Source: Gammaproteobacteria bacterium
GTDB taxonomy: Bacteria > Pseudomonadota > Gammaproteobacteria > SG8-11
Direction of reading: 5' to 3'
NCBI GenBank assembly: GCA_013151345.1
Contig: JAADIM010000038.1
Coordinates: 1-60,175 of the forward strand
DNA length: 60,175 nt
In this document: piece by piece, positions 10,818-20,980 of the stretch
Layout of the letters: each line of letters begins with the position of its first letter
How positions within the stretch are numbered: the first letter of the stretch is position 1
Program-made: the position numbers and the translations under genes
Notes under the pieces: generated by a model
The model's input: the letters and a program-made list of their open reading frames with translations, nothing else
The model's database searches: none
Told to the model about the DNA's origin: nothing

Positions 10818-11291
10818 TTAGTCGCCGCGATGATAAGGATGGTTATTTAGAATGCTCCAGGCGCGATAGAGTTGTTCCGCTAGTAGCACCCTCACCAAGG
10901 GGTGGGGCAACGTGAGGGGTGATAATGACCAGGATGATTCTGATTTTTGTTTGCAAGCCAGGTCTAAACCATCTGCTCCGCCGACGATGAGTGTTATGTC
11001 TCGACCATCATGCATCCAGTTATTTAAGCGTTCGGCGAGTTGAGGGGTGTCCCAGTATTGACCTTTAATGTCCATTACAATAACAAGTGTGTTTTTGGGA
11101 ATTGCAGACAAAATTCGTTCTCCCTCTTTTTGCAGCGCCTTTTTAATGTTAGTGCTTTTATTTCTTTTTTCGGCCGGAATTTCAATGAGTTTTAAAGTGC
11201 ATTCCGGGGGTAAGCGTTGCGCATAATCACTGTAGCCTGTAGATATCCACAACGGCATTTTTTGACCGACTGCGATAAGATATATTTGCAT
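10818..11291 (-). CDS. rlmH: 23S rRNA (pseudouridine1915-N3)-methyltransferase RlmH
   Basis: The 157-aa ORF has SPOUT-family features 'LIVGGADGL' and a C-terminal 'NHPYHRG'. It follows rsfS. Confidence 0.9.
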   Translation of the reverse strand: MQIYLIAVGQKMPLWISTGYSDYAQRLPPECTLKLIEIPAEKRNKSTNIKKALQKEGERILSAIPKNTLVIVMDIKGQYWDTPQLAERLNNWMHDGRDITLIVGGADGLDLACKQKSESSWSLSPLTLPHPLVRVLLAEQLYRAWSILNNHPYHRGD

Positions 11292-11364
11292 ATCTATTCA
11301 TCCAGACTTAATCATGGGGCTTTCACTGGGCCTTCTCGGGACCATAAGCTTAGGCCAATTCTGT

Positions 11365-11757
11365 TTAATGTTTATCGGTGGAGGTGGCATCGGCTGATGC
11401 GTCAAGGGCGCTATTCAACTCTGACGCTTCTGTATCAACGCTCCATAATCTTTCCAGCCCGTAAAATTCACGAACAGAAGGCAGCATGACATGGACAACT
11501 ACATCGCCCAGATCGATCAATATCCACTCTGCTTCACGTTCTCCTTCTACACCTAGAGGCGGTACGCCTTTTTCCTTGGACTCTACAATAACATTATTTG
11601 CCAGTGCTTTAACGTGTCGATTGGACGTGCCGCAGGCAACGATCATGATGTCGGTGATGTCCAGTTTCCCTCTTACATCAATAACGCCGATATCAACGGC
11701 CTTAAGGTCATCCAATGCTTGAATCGCAATTTTTGATAATTGTTCCGTATCTATCAA
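11365..11757 (-). CDS. rsfS: Ribosome silencing factor RsfS
   Basis: The 130-aa ORF carries '[21 protein letters not shown]' and '[14 protein letters not shown]'. The nadD-rsfS-rlmH order is conserved. Confidence 0.85.
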   Translation of the reverse strand: MIDTEQLSKIAIQALDDLKAVDIGVIDVRGKLDITDIMIVACGTSNRHVKALANNVIVESKEKGVPPLGVEGEREAEWILIDLGDVVVHVMLPSVREFYGLERLWSVDTEASELNSALDASADATSTDKH

Positions 11758-11789
11758 TGTTTATGTTTCCTGTTTGGTTATGAAGCTCG

Positions 11790-12443
11790 CTATATATACA
11801 ATTTTTCCGAAGAGATAAAATTTAAAACATCCTGTGGTAATAAATAACGCGGGCTTTTTCCATTTTTAATTAGATTACGTATTGCGCTAGAGGAGATATC
11901 CAGTTTTCTTATGGGAAAAAACATTATATTTCCAGCTTGCGCTTGATTCAAAGCAAATTTGTCGCTTACCAATGTTGCATCAAGTATCAATTTTAATTCT
12001 TTGTTTAAATTCCGGTCTAAGTCCGGAGAATTGATTTTCCACCCTGGCCTGTGAATAACGATTATGTGTGCAAGTGTAAGTATATCTCGCCAACGGTGCC
12101 AACGATTCAGTCCTAAAAAGGCATCTGTGCCCAGAATTAAATAAAGTGGAGTTTGTGGTGATTTTTCTTTAATTGCAGTTAATGTATCTACTGTATACGA
12201 AGGTCCGTCACGGTGTGTTTCAATATCATCAATGATTACATTTTGTTGATTGCTGACCGCTAGCCGAAGCATGTCCAGTCGTTGATTGGGCGTTGCAATT
12301 GGTGCTTCTTTTATTGGTGGTGTTCCACAGGGAATAATGCGCAGTTCATCCAGCTCAAAGTTTTCAATAACCTCCAATACAACTCGTAAATGTCCAAAGT
12401 GGACAGGATCAAACGTGCCGCCAAAAATACCGATGGGTTTCAT
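11790..12443 (-). CDS. nadD: Nicotinate-nucleotide adenylyltransferase
   Basis: The ORF has 'GIFGGTFDPVHFGHL' (the (H/T)xGH nucleotidyltransferase motif) and 'ISSSAIR'. Confidence 0.9.
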   Translation of the reverse strand: MKPIGIFGGTFDPVHFGHLRVVLEVIENFELDELRIIPCGTPPIKEAPIATPNQRLDMLRLAVSNQQNVIIDDIETHRDGPSYTVDTLTAIKEKSPQTPLYLILGTDAFLGLNRWHRWRDILTLAHIIVIHRPGWKINSPDLDRNLNKELKLILDATLVSDKFALNQAQAGNIMFFPIRKLDISSSAIRNLIKNGKSPRYLLPQDVLNFISSEKLYI

Positions 12444-12464
12444 TGATGAAGTACAATCAGCTAT

Positions 12465-13721
12465 TTAAGCACGGATTTGTCCGTCTCCGATCACGACGAA
12501 TTTTTGAGATGTCAGTCCTTCAACGCCAACTGGCCCTCTGACGTGGAGCTTGTCAGTACTGGTGCCAATTTCCGCTCCCAGGCCGTATTCGTATCCATCG
12601 GCAAAACGGGTTGACGCGTTGATTATCACCGAGCTCGAATCAACTTCTGATATAAATTTTCGTGCACGTGTAATATCTTCAGTAACAATGCTTTCAGTAT
12701 GACCAGAGCTATGCGCGTGTATATGCTCGATAGCGCCTGCTAATCCGTTGGTTATTTTTATAGATAAAATAGGCGCAAGATATTCTGTGTCCCAGTCTTC
12801 ATCAGATGCAGGATTGATATTGGTAAGAATATCTCTGGTTTGTTCGCAGCCTCGTAACTCGACACCTTTTTCATTAAAGCGTTCTTGTAATTTAGGTAAA
12901 ATTTGTTCTGCTATGTCTTTCGCTATGAGTAGCGTTTCCATTGCATTGCACACGCCGTAGCGATGTGTTTTAGAGTTAATTGCAATATCGATGGCCTTTT
13001 GTATATCAGCTTTGTCGTCAATATAGACATGGCATATGCCGTCTAAATGTTTGATGATTGGCACGCGTGCTTCATTACTAATGTTTTCGATCAAACCCTT
13101 GCCACCGCGTGGCACGATGACATCAATGTATTCTTTCATGCGTACAAGTTCCATTACCGCTGCGCGATCGATTGTTTTAACAACCTGAACCGAGGTTGTG
13201 GGTAACCCGGCTTTTTCCAGCCCAGTCTTGATATAACTTTCAATCGCCTGGTTTGAATTTATTGCTTCTGATCCGCCACGCAATATGGTGGCATTACCTG
13301 ATTTCAGGCAAAGCCCCGCCGCATCAGCCGTTACATTAGGTCTTGATTCGTAGATGATGCCAATGACACCTAATGGCACACGCATTTTCCCAACCTGGAT
13401 ACCGGAAGGTCGGTAGGAAAGATTGCTGATCTCGCCAATCGGATCAGGTAACGCAGCGATTTCTCTAAGGCCTTGTGCCATAGCGAGGATGCGTTCTTCG
13501 TTTAATTCCAGGCGATCAAGCAAGGCGGCATCCAGGCCGTGTTTTTTGCCTGCTTCAAGGTCTTTTTTATTTATTTCAACCAAGCTGCCTTTATTTTCGA
13601 TAATAATGTCAGCGATAGCGAGTAAGGCGCTATTTTTTGCATTTGTTGAAGCTTGCGATAATACACGTGATGCGCTGAGGGCTTGTTGTCCTAATTCGGA
13701 TATATACTTTCTTACGTCCAT
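12465..13721 (-). CDS. proA: Gamma-glutamyl phosphate reductase
   Basis: The 418-aa ORF is ProA-like along its full length ('[22 protein letters not shown]', '[10 protein letters not shown]'). The proA-nadD order matches Pseudomonas-type genomes. Confidence 0.92.
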   Translation of the reverse strand: MDVRKYISELGQQALSASRVLSQASTNAKNSALLAIADIIIENKGSLVEINKKDLEAGKKHGLDAALLDRLELNEERILAMAQGLREIAALPDPIGEISNLSYRPSGIQVGKMRVPLGVIGIIYESRPNVTADAAGLCLKSGNATILRGGSEAINSNQAIESYIKTGLEKAGLPTTSVQVVKTIDRAAVMELVRMKEYIDVIVPRGGKGLIENISNEARVPIIKHLDGICHVYIDDKADIQKAIDIAINSKTHRYGVCNAMETLLIAKDIAEQILPKLQERFNEKGVELRGCEQTRDILTNINPASDEDWDTEYLAPILSIKITNGLAGAIEHIHAHSSGHTESIVTEDITRARKFISEVDSSSVIINASTRFADGYEYGLGAEIGTSTDKLHVRGPVGVEGLTSQKFVVIGDGQIRA

Positions 13722-13841
13722 TTGATTATTGCTCTACCTGTCTATTTAATAGCTAGTCACTAGCTGAATTTAATTTAAAAAATATTTAAAAAACAGCCTG
13801 TTAGGCTATTTTTATGTGTGGTTTTATGCCCGGTTCTGTTT

Positions 13842-13906
13842 TCAGGGCTTTTATTAACAGCTCAGGGCTGTTTTCCATCAGGGCTGTTCACTCGCTCAGG
13901 GCTGTT
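13842..13906. repeat. Four spaced copies of tcagggct(g)tt at the holA 3' end
   Basis: Copies start near 13842, 13862, 13878 and 13896, a 16-20 bp period. The second copy forms aacagc-tcagg-gctgtt with the preceding bases. Confidence 0.75.
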
Positions 13907-13907
13907 C

Positions 13908-14951
13908 TTAACCCGCTTTGAGCTGGTTTGAAAACAGTTTAATTCCTGTGATTAGAAGGCATAATTGTAACAGTTCATCCCAAATATTGCCCGTTTCTAC
14001 TCCTTTTATTACCTTATCAATATGCCCAGATTTGATAAGTAAATGCTGCCAGAATAAAACGTGTCGCTGTTGTAAGTTTTTTCTAAAGTACGGTTTGCGC
14101 TTTTCCCAAACGCGATATTTGTTTAGGACCGGCTCAATAGAGGCGCCTTTTGCGATTTCTGCGCTCATCACGCTCAGTTCTCGAATTTCTCTGCTTAATG
14201 CCCACAGTACTAAAATCGGTTCAACACCTTCGCCGCGCAGCACTTGCAAAATTCGCGTAACCCGTGCTGCATTCCCATCGAGGGCGGCATCTGCCAGTTC
14301 GAAAACAGAAAAACGTGAATTATCCGAAACGCTGTCCAGTACATCATCGACATCGATATTTTTTTTACCGTGCATCAAAAATAACTTATTGATCTCTTGC
14401 GCGGCTGCGAGCAGGTTTCCCTCAACGCGTTCAGATAATAAAGAGATGGCGTCATTGGTCGGTGTTAGGCCTGCTGCGCGCAAGCGTTGGGCGATCCATT
14501 CGGGCATTTGTTTGAGGTCAATAGGCCATATCTGGCAAATCACGCCGACTTTGTCGATGTGCGTAAACCATTTGCTTTTTTGTGATTGTGCTTCGATTTT
14601 TCCGCCTATAATTAATAAAACAGTATCAACAGGAAGATTATTTATGTACTCAATGATCGCTTTGCTCCCCTTGTCTCCAGGTTTTCCGCTAGAAATGCGC
14701 AGTTCAATCAGACGTTTTTCGGAAAATAACGATAATGTGTTGGCGGCAGCGAGCAGTGTGTCCCAGTCAAAGCTTGCTCCAACATAAAATACCTGACGCT
14801 CATCATAACCGCACCGACGAGCGGTTTGGCGTATATTGTCGCATGCTTCATTTAACTGTAAAGGTTCATCGCCGCTAACAAAATAAATGGGCGATAAATT
14901 GTCTTTGCAGTTACTTAGGTGTGCATCGAGTTGGTTGGCTTTAATGCGCAT
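13908..14951 (-). CDS. holA: DNA polymerase III delta subunit
   Basis: The 347-aa ORF has an N-terminal 'IYFVSGDEPLQ'. The lptE-holA synteny is conserved. Confidence 0.85.
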   Translation of the reverse strand: MRIKANQLDAHLSNCKDNLSPIYFVSGDEPLQLNEACDNIRQTARRCGYDERQVFYVGASFDWDTLLAAANTLSLFSEKRLIELRISSGKPGDKGSKAIIEYINNLPVDTVLLIIGGKIEAQSQKSKWFTHIDKVGVICQIWPIDLKQMPEWIAQRLRAAGLTPTNDAISLLSERVEGNLLAAAQEINKLFLMHGKKNIDVDDVLDSVSDNSRFSVFELADAALDGNAARVTRILQVLRGEGVEPILVLWALSREIRELSVMSAEIAKGASIEPVLNKYRVWEKRKPYFRKNLQQRHVLFWQHLLIKSGHIDKVIKGVETGNIWDELLQLCLLITGIKLFSNQLKAG

Positions 14952-14955
14952 AACT

Positions 14956-15543
14956 TTATCTGGCGTTCCGTATTGATTGTAGTCGTCTTAATATTTGCCT
15001 GACTGCATCACTGATCATTTCTTGGCGGAGTTTTTGTTGTTCAGTTGTTTTAGATAATACCTCCGCTTCATCAAATGTTTGCTCTCTGGTGATATTTATT
15101 GTTTGCTCGGGAAGCAAGATATTATTTTCATTATTGTTCTTATTCTTATTATGGTTATAGTCGCGTAAAGAAAAAGTAACAGCGTAATTCAGTTGATATT
15201 CTTTAACTAAAGTGGTTGAGCCTGAGGATAACAGTCGTCGATTGAAGTTCTCATTGAAGATTTGCAGGATGGCGACTGATTTGTATTCAGGCGCATCGAC
15301 TGTAACGTTGTCTGTAACACTGTCTGTAACATCGTTAATATGATCAATTACATTCACATCATTTTTCGTGAGTGCGCGTTTTAGTTTGGGTAATATCATG
15401 CTGGCTGGGATGCCATCCTGAATAAAAGTCGTTGTCATTATCTCAGGTAGAATAACTGAGCCACGTAAATGAAATCCGCACCCGGCCAAGCTGGTTATCA
15501 GACCAGTCATTAGAGAAATAGTAAAAAATTTTCTAAGCAACAA
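14956..15543 (-). CDS. lptE: LPS-assembly lipoprotein LptE
   Basis: A lipobox 'SLAGC' is present. The size and the position immediately after leuS (11-nt overlap) are canonical. Confidence 0.75.
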   Translation of the reverse strand: MLLRKFFTISLMTGLITSLAGCGFHLRGSVILPEIMTTTFIQDGIPASMILPKLKRALTKNDVNVIDHINDVTDSVTDNVTVDAPEYKSVAILQIFNENFNRRLLSSGSTTLVKEYQLNYAVTFSLRDYNHNKNKNNNENNILLPEQTINITREQTFDEAEVLSKTTEQQKLRQEMISDAVRQILRRLQSIRNAR

Positions 15544-18028
15544 CGATATTCACCAATTTTCCCGGCACAACAATAATTTTCCTGACCTTTTTGCCATCGA
15601 TAAAGCGTTTAACGTTGTCGTCACTGATGGCAATATTTTCAATTTCAGATTTATCGTGGTTTGCAGTAACCTGTATGCGTCCGCGTAATTTGCCGTTCAC
15701 CTGCACAATTATTTCAATATTGTCTTTAACCAGGGCGGTTTCATCGATAGTTGGCCAGGGTGTGTCGATAACGCCATCTTGGTGTCCCAGGGCATGCCAT
15801 AACGTATGGGTAACATGAGGGATGATGGGTGATAACATCAGTATGCAGGTATCCAATGCTTCCTGCATAATCGCTTGGCCTATATCTGACTTGTCATCAA
15901 ATTTATAAAGCGCATTTATTAATTCCATTACGGCTGCGATCGCAGTATTAAATGTAAATCGACGCTGGATATCGTCAGTCACTTTGCGCAGGGTTTCATG
16001 TGTTAATCGGCGGATACCTTTTTGTATATCAGAGAGTTGTATATCAGAGAGTTGTGTATCAGTAAGTTGCTGAAAAAGTGCCTCTGGATTGGTTTTAATT
16101 GTTGTTTTCCGTGAAACATGTTCATGCACCAATTTCCATAAACGTTTAAGAAATCGAAAAGCGCCTTCCACGCCTGAGTCCGACCATTCCAGAGATTGTT
16201 CTGGAGGGGATGCAAACATCATAAATAAACGTGTGGTGTCTGCGCCGTATTTCTCGATTAACCCCTGCGGGTCGACAGTGTTGCCTTTTGATTTGGACAT
16301 TTTTGCACCGTCTTTTAGCACCATGCCTTGAGTGAGCAGATTAGTAATGGGTTCATCGTGTTCTATCAGGCCGGCATCGCGCATTAACCTTTGAAAAAAA
16401 CGCGCATAGAGTAAATGCAATACTGCGTGTTCGATGCCGCCAACATATTGATCGACAGGGAGCCAGTATTTGGCACGCTCGTCCAGCATAGCGGTGTCGT
16501 TATCAAAACTACAAAAACGTGCGTAATACCAGGATGATTCCATAAATGTATCAAAAGTGTCGGTTTCACGTTCGGCGTCGCCGCCACACTTAGGACATTG
16601 GGTTTTATAAAATTCCGGCATAGTTTTGAGTGGCGAGCCAACGCCTTTAAGCGCAATATTTTCCGGTAGAATGACCGGCAAATCTTTTTCCGGAACCGGG
16701 ACTGTGCCACATTGTTGGCAATAAATAATTGGGATAGGGTCGCCCCAGTAACGTTGACGTGAAACGCCCCAGTCGCGTAGTCGATAATTTATTTGTTTCT
16801 TCCCTTGTTTGTTTTTTTCCAGATAAGCGGCTATTGCGTTAAATGCTTGTTTGGATGTAAGTTCAGAGAATGGCCCAGAGTTTTGCAATTTTCCTTTTTC
16901 TGTAAAGGCGCCCTCTTGCAGATTTATTTTTGTGCCATCTGCAGGGGCGATGACTTGTTTGATGGGTAATCCATATTTTTTTGCAAACTCCCAATCTCGT
17001 TGGTCATGCGCGGGTACTGACATAACCGCGCCTTCGCCATAACCCATTAAAACGAAGTTTGCCGTGAAAACGGCTAGTTGATCGCCGGTGACGGGATGTA
17101 TCGCTTGCAAACCGGTGTCCATCCCCTTTTTTTCCATCGTTTCCAGCGCGGCTTCACTGGTATCGATTGCTTTACATTCTTCCAGGAAAGTGGCCAATGC
17201 TGGGTTGGATTTTGCAGCTCGGGTTGCAAACGGGTGTTCTGGTGCAACTGCCAAATAGGTGACACCCAACAGCGTGTCGGGTCGGGTGGTAAAGACTTTT
17301 AAGGGTGTTTCCATCCCGGTGACAATAAACTGAATTTCGACACCCTCTGAGCGGCCAATCCAGTTTCTCTGCATGGTGCGTACCTGATCGGGCCAACCGT
17401 CAAGTTTGTCCAGTCCGGCCAGAAGTTCCTCGGCGTACTGGGTGATTTTTAAAAACCATTGCGAGATTTCTTTTTTGATTACCTGTGTGCCACAGCGCCA
17501 GCAGCAACCGTCTTCGACTTGTTCGTTTGCAAGTACAGTTTGGTCGACAGGACACCAGTTCACCGGTGAAACTTTTTTATATGCGAGTCCTTTTTCGAAA
17601 AGTTTGGTAAATAACCATTGTTCCCAGTGATAATAATCAGGATCACAGGTGGCGATTTCCCGAGACCAATCATAACCAAACCCAAGGCGCTTGAGTTGGT
17701 TGCGCATATACGTGATATTTTCACGTGTCCATTTTGCGGGTGCTACCTTGTTTTGTATCGCCGCATTTTCCGCCGGTAAGCCGAATGCATCCCAGCCCAT
17801 GGGTTGCAATACGTTTTTACCCTGCATGCGTTGGAAGCGGGAAATAACGTCACCGATGGTGTAATTTCGTACATGTCCCATATGAAAGCGGCCACTGGGG
17901 TACGGGAACATGGACAGGCAATAGTATTTTTCGCGAGCAGGATCTTCGGTCACAGTGAAGCTGTTGTTTTCCTGCCAATAAGCTTGGGCAGATTGTTCTA
18001 TTTTTTTCGGGTGATACTGTTCTTGCAT
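15533..18028 (-). CDS. leuS: Leucine--tRNA ligase
   Basis: The 831-aa ORF has the HIGH motif 'HMGHVRNY' and the KMSKS motif 'KMSKSKGN'. Confidence 0.95.
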   Translation of the reverse strand: MQEQYHPKKIEQSAQAYWQENNSFTVTEDPAREKYYCLSMFPYPSGRFHMGHVRNYTIGDVISRFQRMQGKNVLQPMGWDAFGLPAENAAIQNKVAPAKWTRENITYMRNQLKRLGFGYDWSREIATCDPDYYHWEQWLFTKLFEKGLAYKKVSPVNWCPVDQTVLANEQVEDGCCWRCGTQVIKKEISQWFLKITQYAEELLAGLDKLDGWPDQVRTMQRNWIGRSEGVEIQFIVTGMETPLKVFTTRPDTLLGVTYLAVAPEHPFATRAAKSNPALATFLEECKAIDTSEAALETMEKKGMDTGLQAIHPVTGDQLAVFTANFVLMGYGEGAVMSVPAHDQRDWEFAKKYGLPIKQVIAPADGTKINLQEGAFTEKGKLQNSGPFSELTSKQAFNAIAAYLEKNKQGKKQINYRLRDWGVSRQRYWGDPIPIIYCQQCGTVPVPEKDLPVILPENIALKGVGSPLKTMPEFYKTQCPKCGGDAERETDTFDTFMESSWYYARFCSFDNDTAMLDERAKYWLPVDQYVGGIEHAVLHLLYARFFQRLMRDAGLIEHDEPITNLLTQGMVLKDGAKMSKSKGNTVDPQGLIEKYGADTTRLFMMFASPPEQSLEWSDSGVEGAFRFLKRLWKLVHEHVSRKTTIKTNPEALFQQLTDTQLSDIQLSDIQKGIRRLTHETLRKVTDDIQRRFTFNTAIAAVMELINALYKFDDKSDIGQAIMQEALDTCILMLSPIIPHVTHTLWHALGHQDGVIDTPWPTIDETALVKDNIEIIVQVNGKLRGRIQVTANHDKSEIENIAISDDNVKRFIDGKKVRKIIVVPGKLVNIVVA
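16024..16068 (-). repeat. 3 x 15-bp in-frame tandem repeat inside leuS
   Basis: The units are gtatatcagagagtt, gtatatcagagagtt and gtgtatcagtaagtt. They encode '[15 protein letters not shown]'. Confidence 0.9.
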
Positions 18029-18299
18029 GTTTTTCTCAACTATTGTCTTAAGGCGCTATTGTTTCAAAGTGCTTTTGTCTAAAGGACCTACGCTCAATGA
18101 GCGGTCATTATAAAAAGTCCAGGCCGGGGGCTAAGGATACAGCAGGACAATAAGCTCGAACAATAAAATAGAGAGATTAAACGCATTGTTTCGGCGGCAT
18201 GTTAGGCGCAAAATAAAACAAAGCTCTGAATTGTTTTAGGGGATATAGAAGGAGCCAGAGGAAAACGAGTTATACATTAGTTTGTGATAGGGGCGCTAT

Positions 18300-18809
18300 A
18301 TGACTGACCAGAAAGACAAACATGTTAATGCCTATAATCGAATGCTTGAAAATGCAAAAACCTTCATTGATGAGGCAGAGAAGGAATTCGGCCCGAAAGT
18401 CCAGTTCGGGATAGACGCCGCAAAGGACAAAATTTCAGAATTAGGCGAATTAACCAGGGAAGAGGTAGATAAAATTGGCGATTATCTACATCGAGACCTG
18501 GATGATGCCGGGAAATTTCTGCAAGAAAATGGTAAAGAACTGTCGGATTGGCTGAAATTTGACATCGAGTTAATAGAAGACAGATTTATCGATACGTTTT
18601 CGGTTGTGGCAGACCAGACCAAGGTGGAACTGGCACTATTGGCAGACCGGGCCAATAAAGTTGGCGTATGGAAAACAGGTGAAATTACCGGAATAGGGAC
18701 ATTAGTCTGTAAGTCCTGTGGAGAAGAGTTGCATTTCCACAAACCGGGGCATATACCGCCTTGTCCTAAATGCAAAGCGAGTGAATTCAAGCGTCCCGCG
18801 TCCAGCTAG
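18300..18809 (+). CDS. ybeL: Zinc-ribbon protein, YbeL/DUF1451-like
   Basis: The C-terminal 'GIGTLVCKSCGEELHFHKPGHIPPCPKCKASEFKR' mirrors the E. coli YbeL C-terminus. The gene is divergent from leuS. Confidence 0.75.
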   Translation: MTDQKDKHVNAYNRMLENAKTFIDEAEKEFGPKVQFGIDAAKDKISELGELTREEVDKIGDYLHRDLDDAGKFLQENGKELSDWLKFDIELIEDRFIDTFSVVADQTKVELALLADRANKVGVWKTGEITGIGTLVCKSCGEELHFHKPGHIPPCPKCKASEFKRPASS

Positions 18810-19095
18810 CTTGCCTGAAGTGTCGCGGGAATAGATTGCACCATAGCTTAGGTGTGTTTGTGGCATTTAGCGCATTTTTCGACACAAATCGCGTAGATAG
18901 GGGGCAAAGTAGGTGTTTGTATGTCATGAGTTGTCTTTTGCTGCTTATAATCCGCCATTTAATATTGTTAACTCGCCATTGTTGGCGAAAAGCAATGGTT
19001 TATATCAATAACTCGCTATAAATGACGATTTAAAATAAGTATGTAAATAGGATATAACTCGTCAAATATAACGAAATAATATACTTATTAGCTGT

Positions 19096-19117
19096 TAGTC
19101 GTTAAAATTGGCGACTA
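19096..19117. promoter_or_regulatory. Inverted repeat TAGTCG-N10-CGACTA overlapping the hipB start (candidate HipB operator)
   Basis: The arms are perfect 6-bp sequences read directly. Three 'TAACTCG' motifs lie upstream, at about 18971, 19010 and 19057. Confidence 0.35.
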
Positions 19118-19467
19118 TGAAAATATCCAAGCTGCTCACAGATGATGCCATTCTTGCTGAAATAGGTGGGCGTGTTGCGCGCCGCCGACTCGATCTTCAA
19201 TTAACACAGGCGGATGTGGCTGAGCAAGCGGGCATCGCCAAGCGGACGGTCGAGCGGACTGAATCCGGGGCTTCAGCACAGATGTCGAGCATGATCCGCA
19301 TCCTGAGGGTGCTGGATCTCTTGCCCGGTCTGGACGGGTTGATCCCTGATGCCGGGCCAAGGCCGATGGACTTACTAAAGCGCAAGGGAAAAGTGCGTCA
19401 ACGTGCTTCGTCCCGCCGCCGGACGGATCGACCCGATAAGCCCTGGTCCTGGGATGAGGGCACATGA
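19117..19467 (+). CDS. hipB: HipB-like XRE-family HTH antitoxin
   Basis: The HTH reads 'LTQADVAEQAGIAKRTVERTESG'. The stop overlaps the hipA start (ATGA). The start is uncertain: ATG at 19117 or TTG at 19108, with no clear Shine-Dalgarno sequence. Confidence 0.7.
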   Translation: MKISKLLTDDAILAEIGGRVARRRLDLQLTQADVAEQAGIAKRTVERTESGASAQMSSMIRILRVLDLLPGLDGLIPDAGPRPMDLLKRKGKVRQRASSRRRTDRPDKPWSWDEGT

Positions 19468-20774
19468 GCAACGTTGTCGAGGTCAGGCTTTGGGGGCGGA
19501 CCATTGGCGCGGTTTCGTTGGATGAGGGCAAAGATGTGGCTGCCTTCGAGTACGATCCGGCATTTGCCAGAAGTGGCATCGAAATTTCGCCGCTTACAAT
19601 GCCGCTTTCCAACCGCGTCTATACCTTTCCAGAGTTATCCCGAAAGACCTTTTATGGCCTGCCCGGATTACTGGCGGACTCGCTGCCAGACAAGTTCGGT
19701 AACGCGCTGATTGATACCTGGTTGGCCATGCAGGGCCGCCGACCGGATTCGTTCACTGCCATCGAGCGGCTTTGCTATATGGGGGAGCGGGGTATGGGTG
19801 GATTGGAATTTGTCCCCACGATTGGACCGAAAGCTCGGCAGGCAAACCAGATACAAATCGACAAACTGGTTGAGCTGGCATCGGAGGTGCTCACACATCG
19901 TAATGACCTTCGTGTTTCATTTGTTGACGGAAGCAATGAACGCGCACTGAGCGATATCTTGCGGGTCGGCACCTCAGCAGGTGGTGCAAGGGCGAAGGCG
20001 GTGATTGCCTGGAACCCGTCGACCAACGAAGTCTGTTCGGGTCAGATTCCGGCAGGTGAAGGATTTGAATACTGGTTGCTAAAATTTGACGGCGTCAAAG
20101 GCAATAAAGACAAGGAACTGGAAGACCCGCAAGGTTTCGGCGCGATTGAATACGCCTATTACAGGATGGCACGGGTTTGTGGTATTGATATCAGCGAATG
20201 CCGACTGTTTGAAGAAAACGGCAGGCGGCATTTTATGACCCGGCGTTTTGATCGTCTCCCAGGCGGTGAGAAACTTCATATGCAATCGCTTTGTGCGCTG
20301 GCGCACTATGATTTCAATATAGCGGGTGCCTACGCCTATGAACAGGCGCTGTTGGTGATTCGAAGGTTGGGCTTGCCGATGCGTGCAATTGAGGAACAGT
20401 TTCGCCGTATGGTATTTAATATCGCCGTGCGTAATCAGGACGACCATGTAAAGAACATCGCCTTCTTGATGGACAAGTTCGGGGATTGGTCGCTTTCGCC
20501 TGCCTTTGATATGACCTACAGTTTTAATCCTTCCGGTGCATGGACGGCCAGCCACCAAATGACCCTGAACGGTAAAAGGGATGATTTCACCATGGAAGAC
20601 TTCAAGGCTTGCGCGAAGGCTGCCTCGATGAAGCGCGGGCGAGCGCAGGCCATTGTTAACGAGGTGTTTGAAGTAATATCGCGATGGGAAGATTATGCCG
20701 ATGACGCAGGCGTTCCGGCTATGTTGCGCGACCAGATCCAGCGAAGCCTTCGGTTGAGCCTACCTCTCAGTTAA
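19464..20774 (+). CDS. hipA: HipA-family serine/threonine kinase toxin
   Basis: The 436-aa ORF has a P-loop-like 'GTSAGGARAK', a catalytic 'RNQDDHVKN' and a Mg-binding context 'SPAFDM'. It is translationally coupled to hipB. Confidence 0.88.
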   Translation: MSNVVEVRLWGRTIGAVSLDEGKDVAAFEYDPAFARSGIEISPLTMPLSNRVYTFPELSRKTFYGLPGLLADSLPDKFGNALIDTWLAMQGRRPDSFTAIERLCYMGERGMGGLEFVPTIGPKARQANQIQIDKLVELASEVLTHRNDLRVSFVDGSNERALSDILRVGTSAGGARAKAVIAWNPSTNEVCSGQIPAGEGFEYWLLKFDGVKGNKDKELEDPQGFGAIEYAYYRMARVCGIDISECRLFEENGRRHFMTRRFDRLPGGEKLHMQSLCALAHYDFNIAGAYAYEQALLVIRRLGLPMRAIEEQFRRMVFNIAVRNQDDHVKNIAFLMDKFGDWSLSPAFDMTYSFNPSGAWTASHQMTLNGKRDDFTMEDFKACAKAASMKRGRAQAIVNEVFEVISRWEDYADDAGVPAMLRDQIQRSLRLSLPLS

Positions 20775-20808
20775 ATCAGTTAAACCTAAACTCATCAGAT
20801 TTAAATAT

Positions 20809-20835
20809 AAAAAAAGCCGCAGTTTTTGCTGCGGC
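20809..20835 (-). terminator. Rho-independent terminator (minus-strand sense)
   Basis: A GC-rich 7-bp stem (gccgcag at 20816-20822, ctgcggc at 20829-20835) has a 6-nt loop. On the minus strand it is followed by a 7-T run (A run at 20809-20815). It lies downstream of lnt and abuts the hipA stop. Confidence 0.6.
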
Positions 20836-20980
20836 GTATATCCTTGTCGGGATATGAAGGAGGTTGGTAAGGGGGTATGGTTCTAATCTACACAATAATC
20901 TTTATAAAATAAAATAATAAAAAAAAATATAATTATACGATTAACTTATAATTGTTGATCGCACTTACGCTCCCCCTGCG

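Noticed and set aside
13918-14787. 289-aa plus-strand ORF
   Set aside because: It lies entirely antisense to a well-supported holA. The translation is Ser/Cys/Arg-rich low complexity with no recognisable motif, so it is a typical shadow ORF.
19136-20558. Minus-strand ORFs (158, 83 and 159 aa) and alternative plus-frame ORFs within hipBA
   Set aside because: The locally high GC content suppresses stop codons in all frames. HipB and HipA in the annotated frames carry clear family motifs, and these ORFs carry none.
20836-20980. AT-rich spacer between the hipA terminator hairpin and lnt as a possible att site or island edge
   Set aside because: I could not find a matching direct repeat on the left side of the islet (18810-19110). 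The island boundaries therefore remain undefined from sequence alone.
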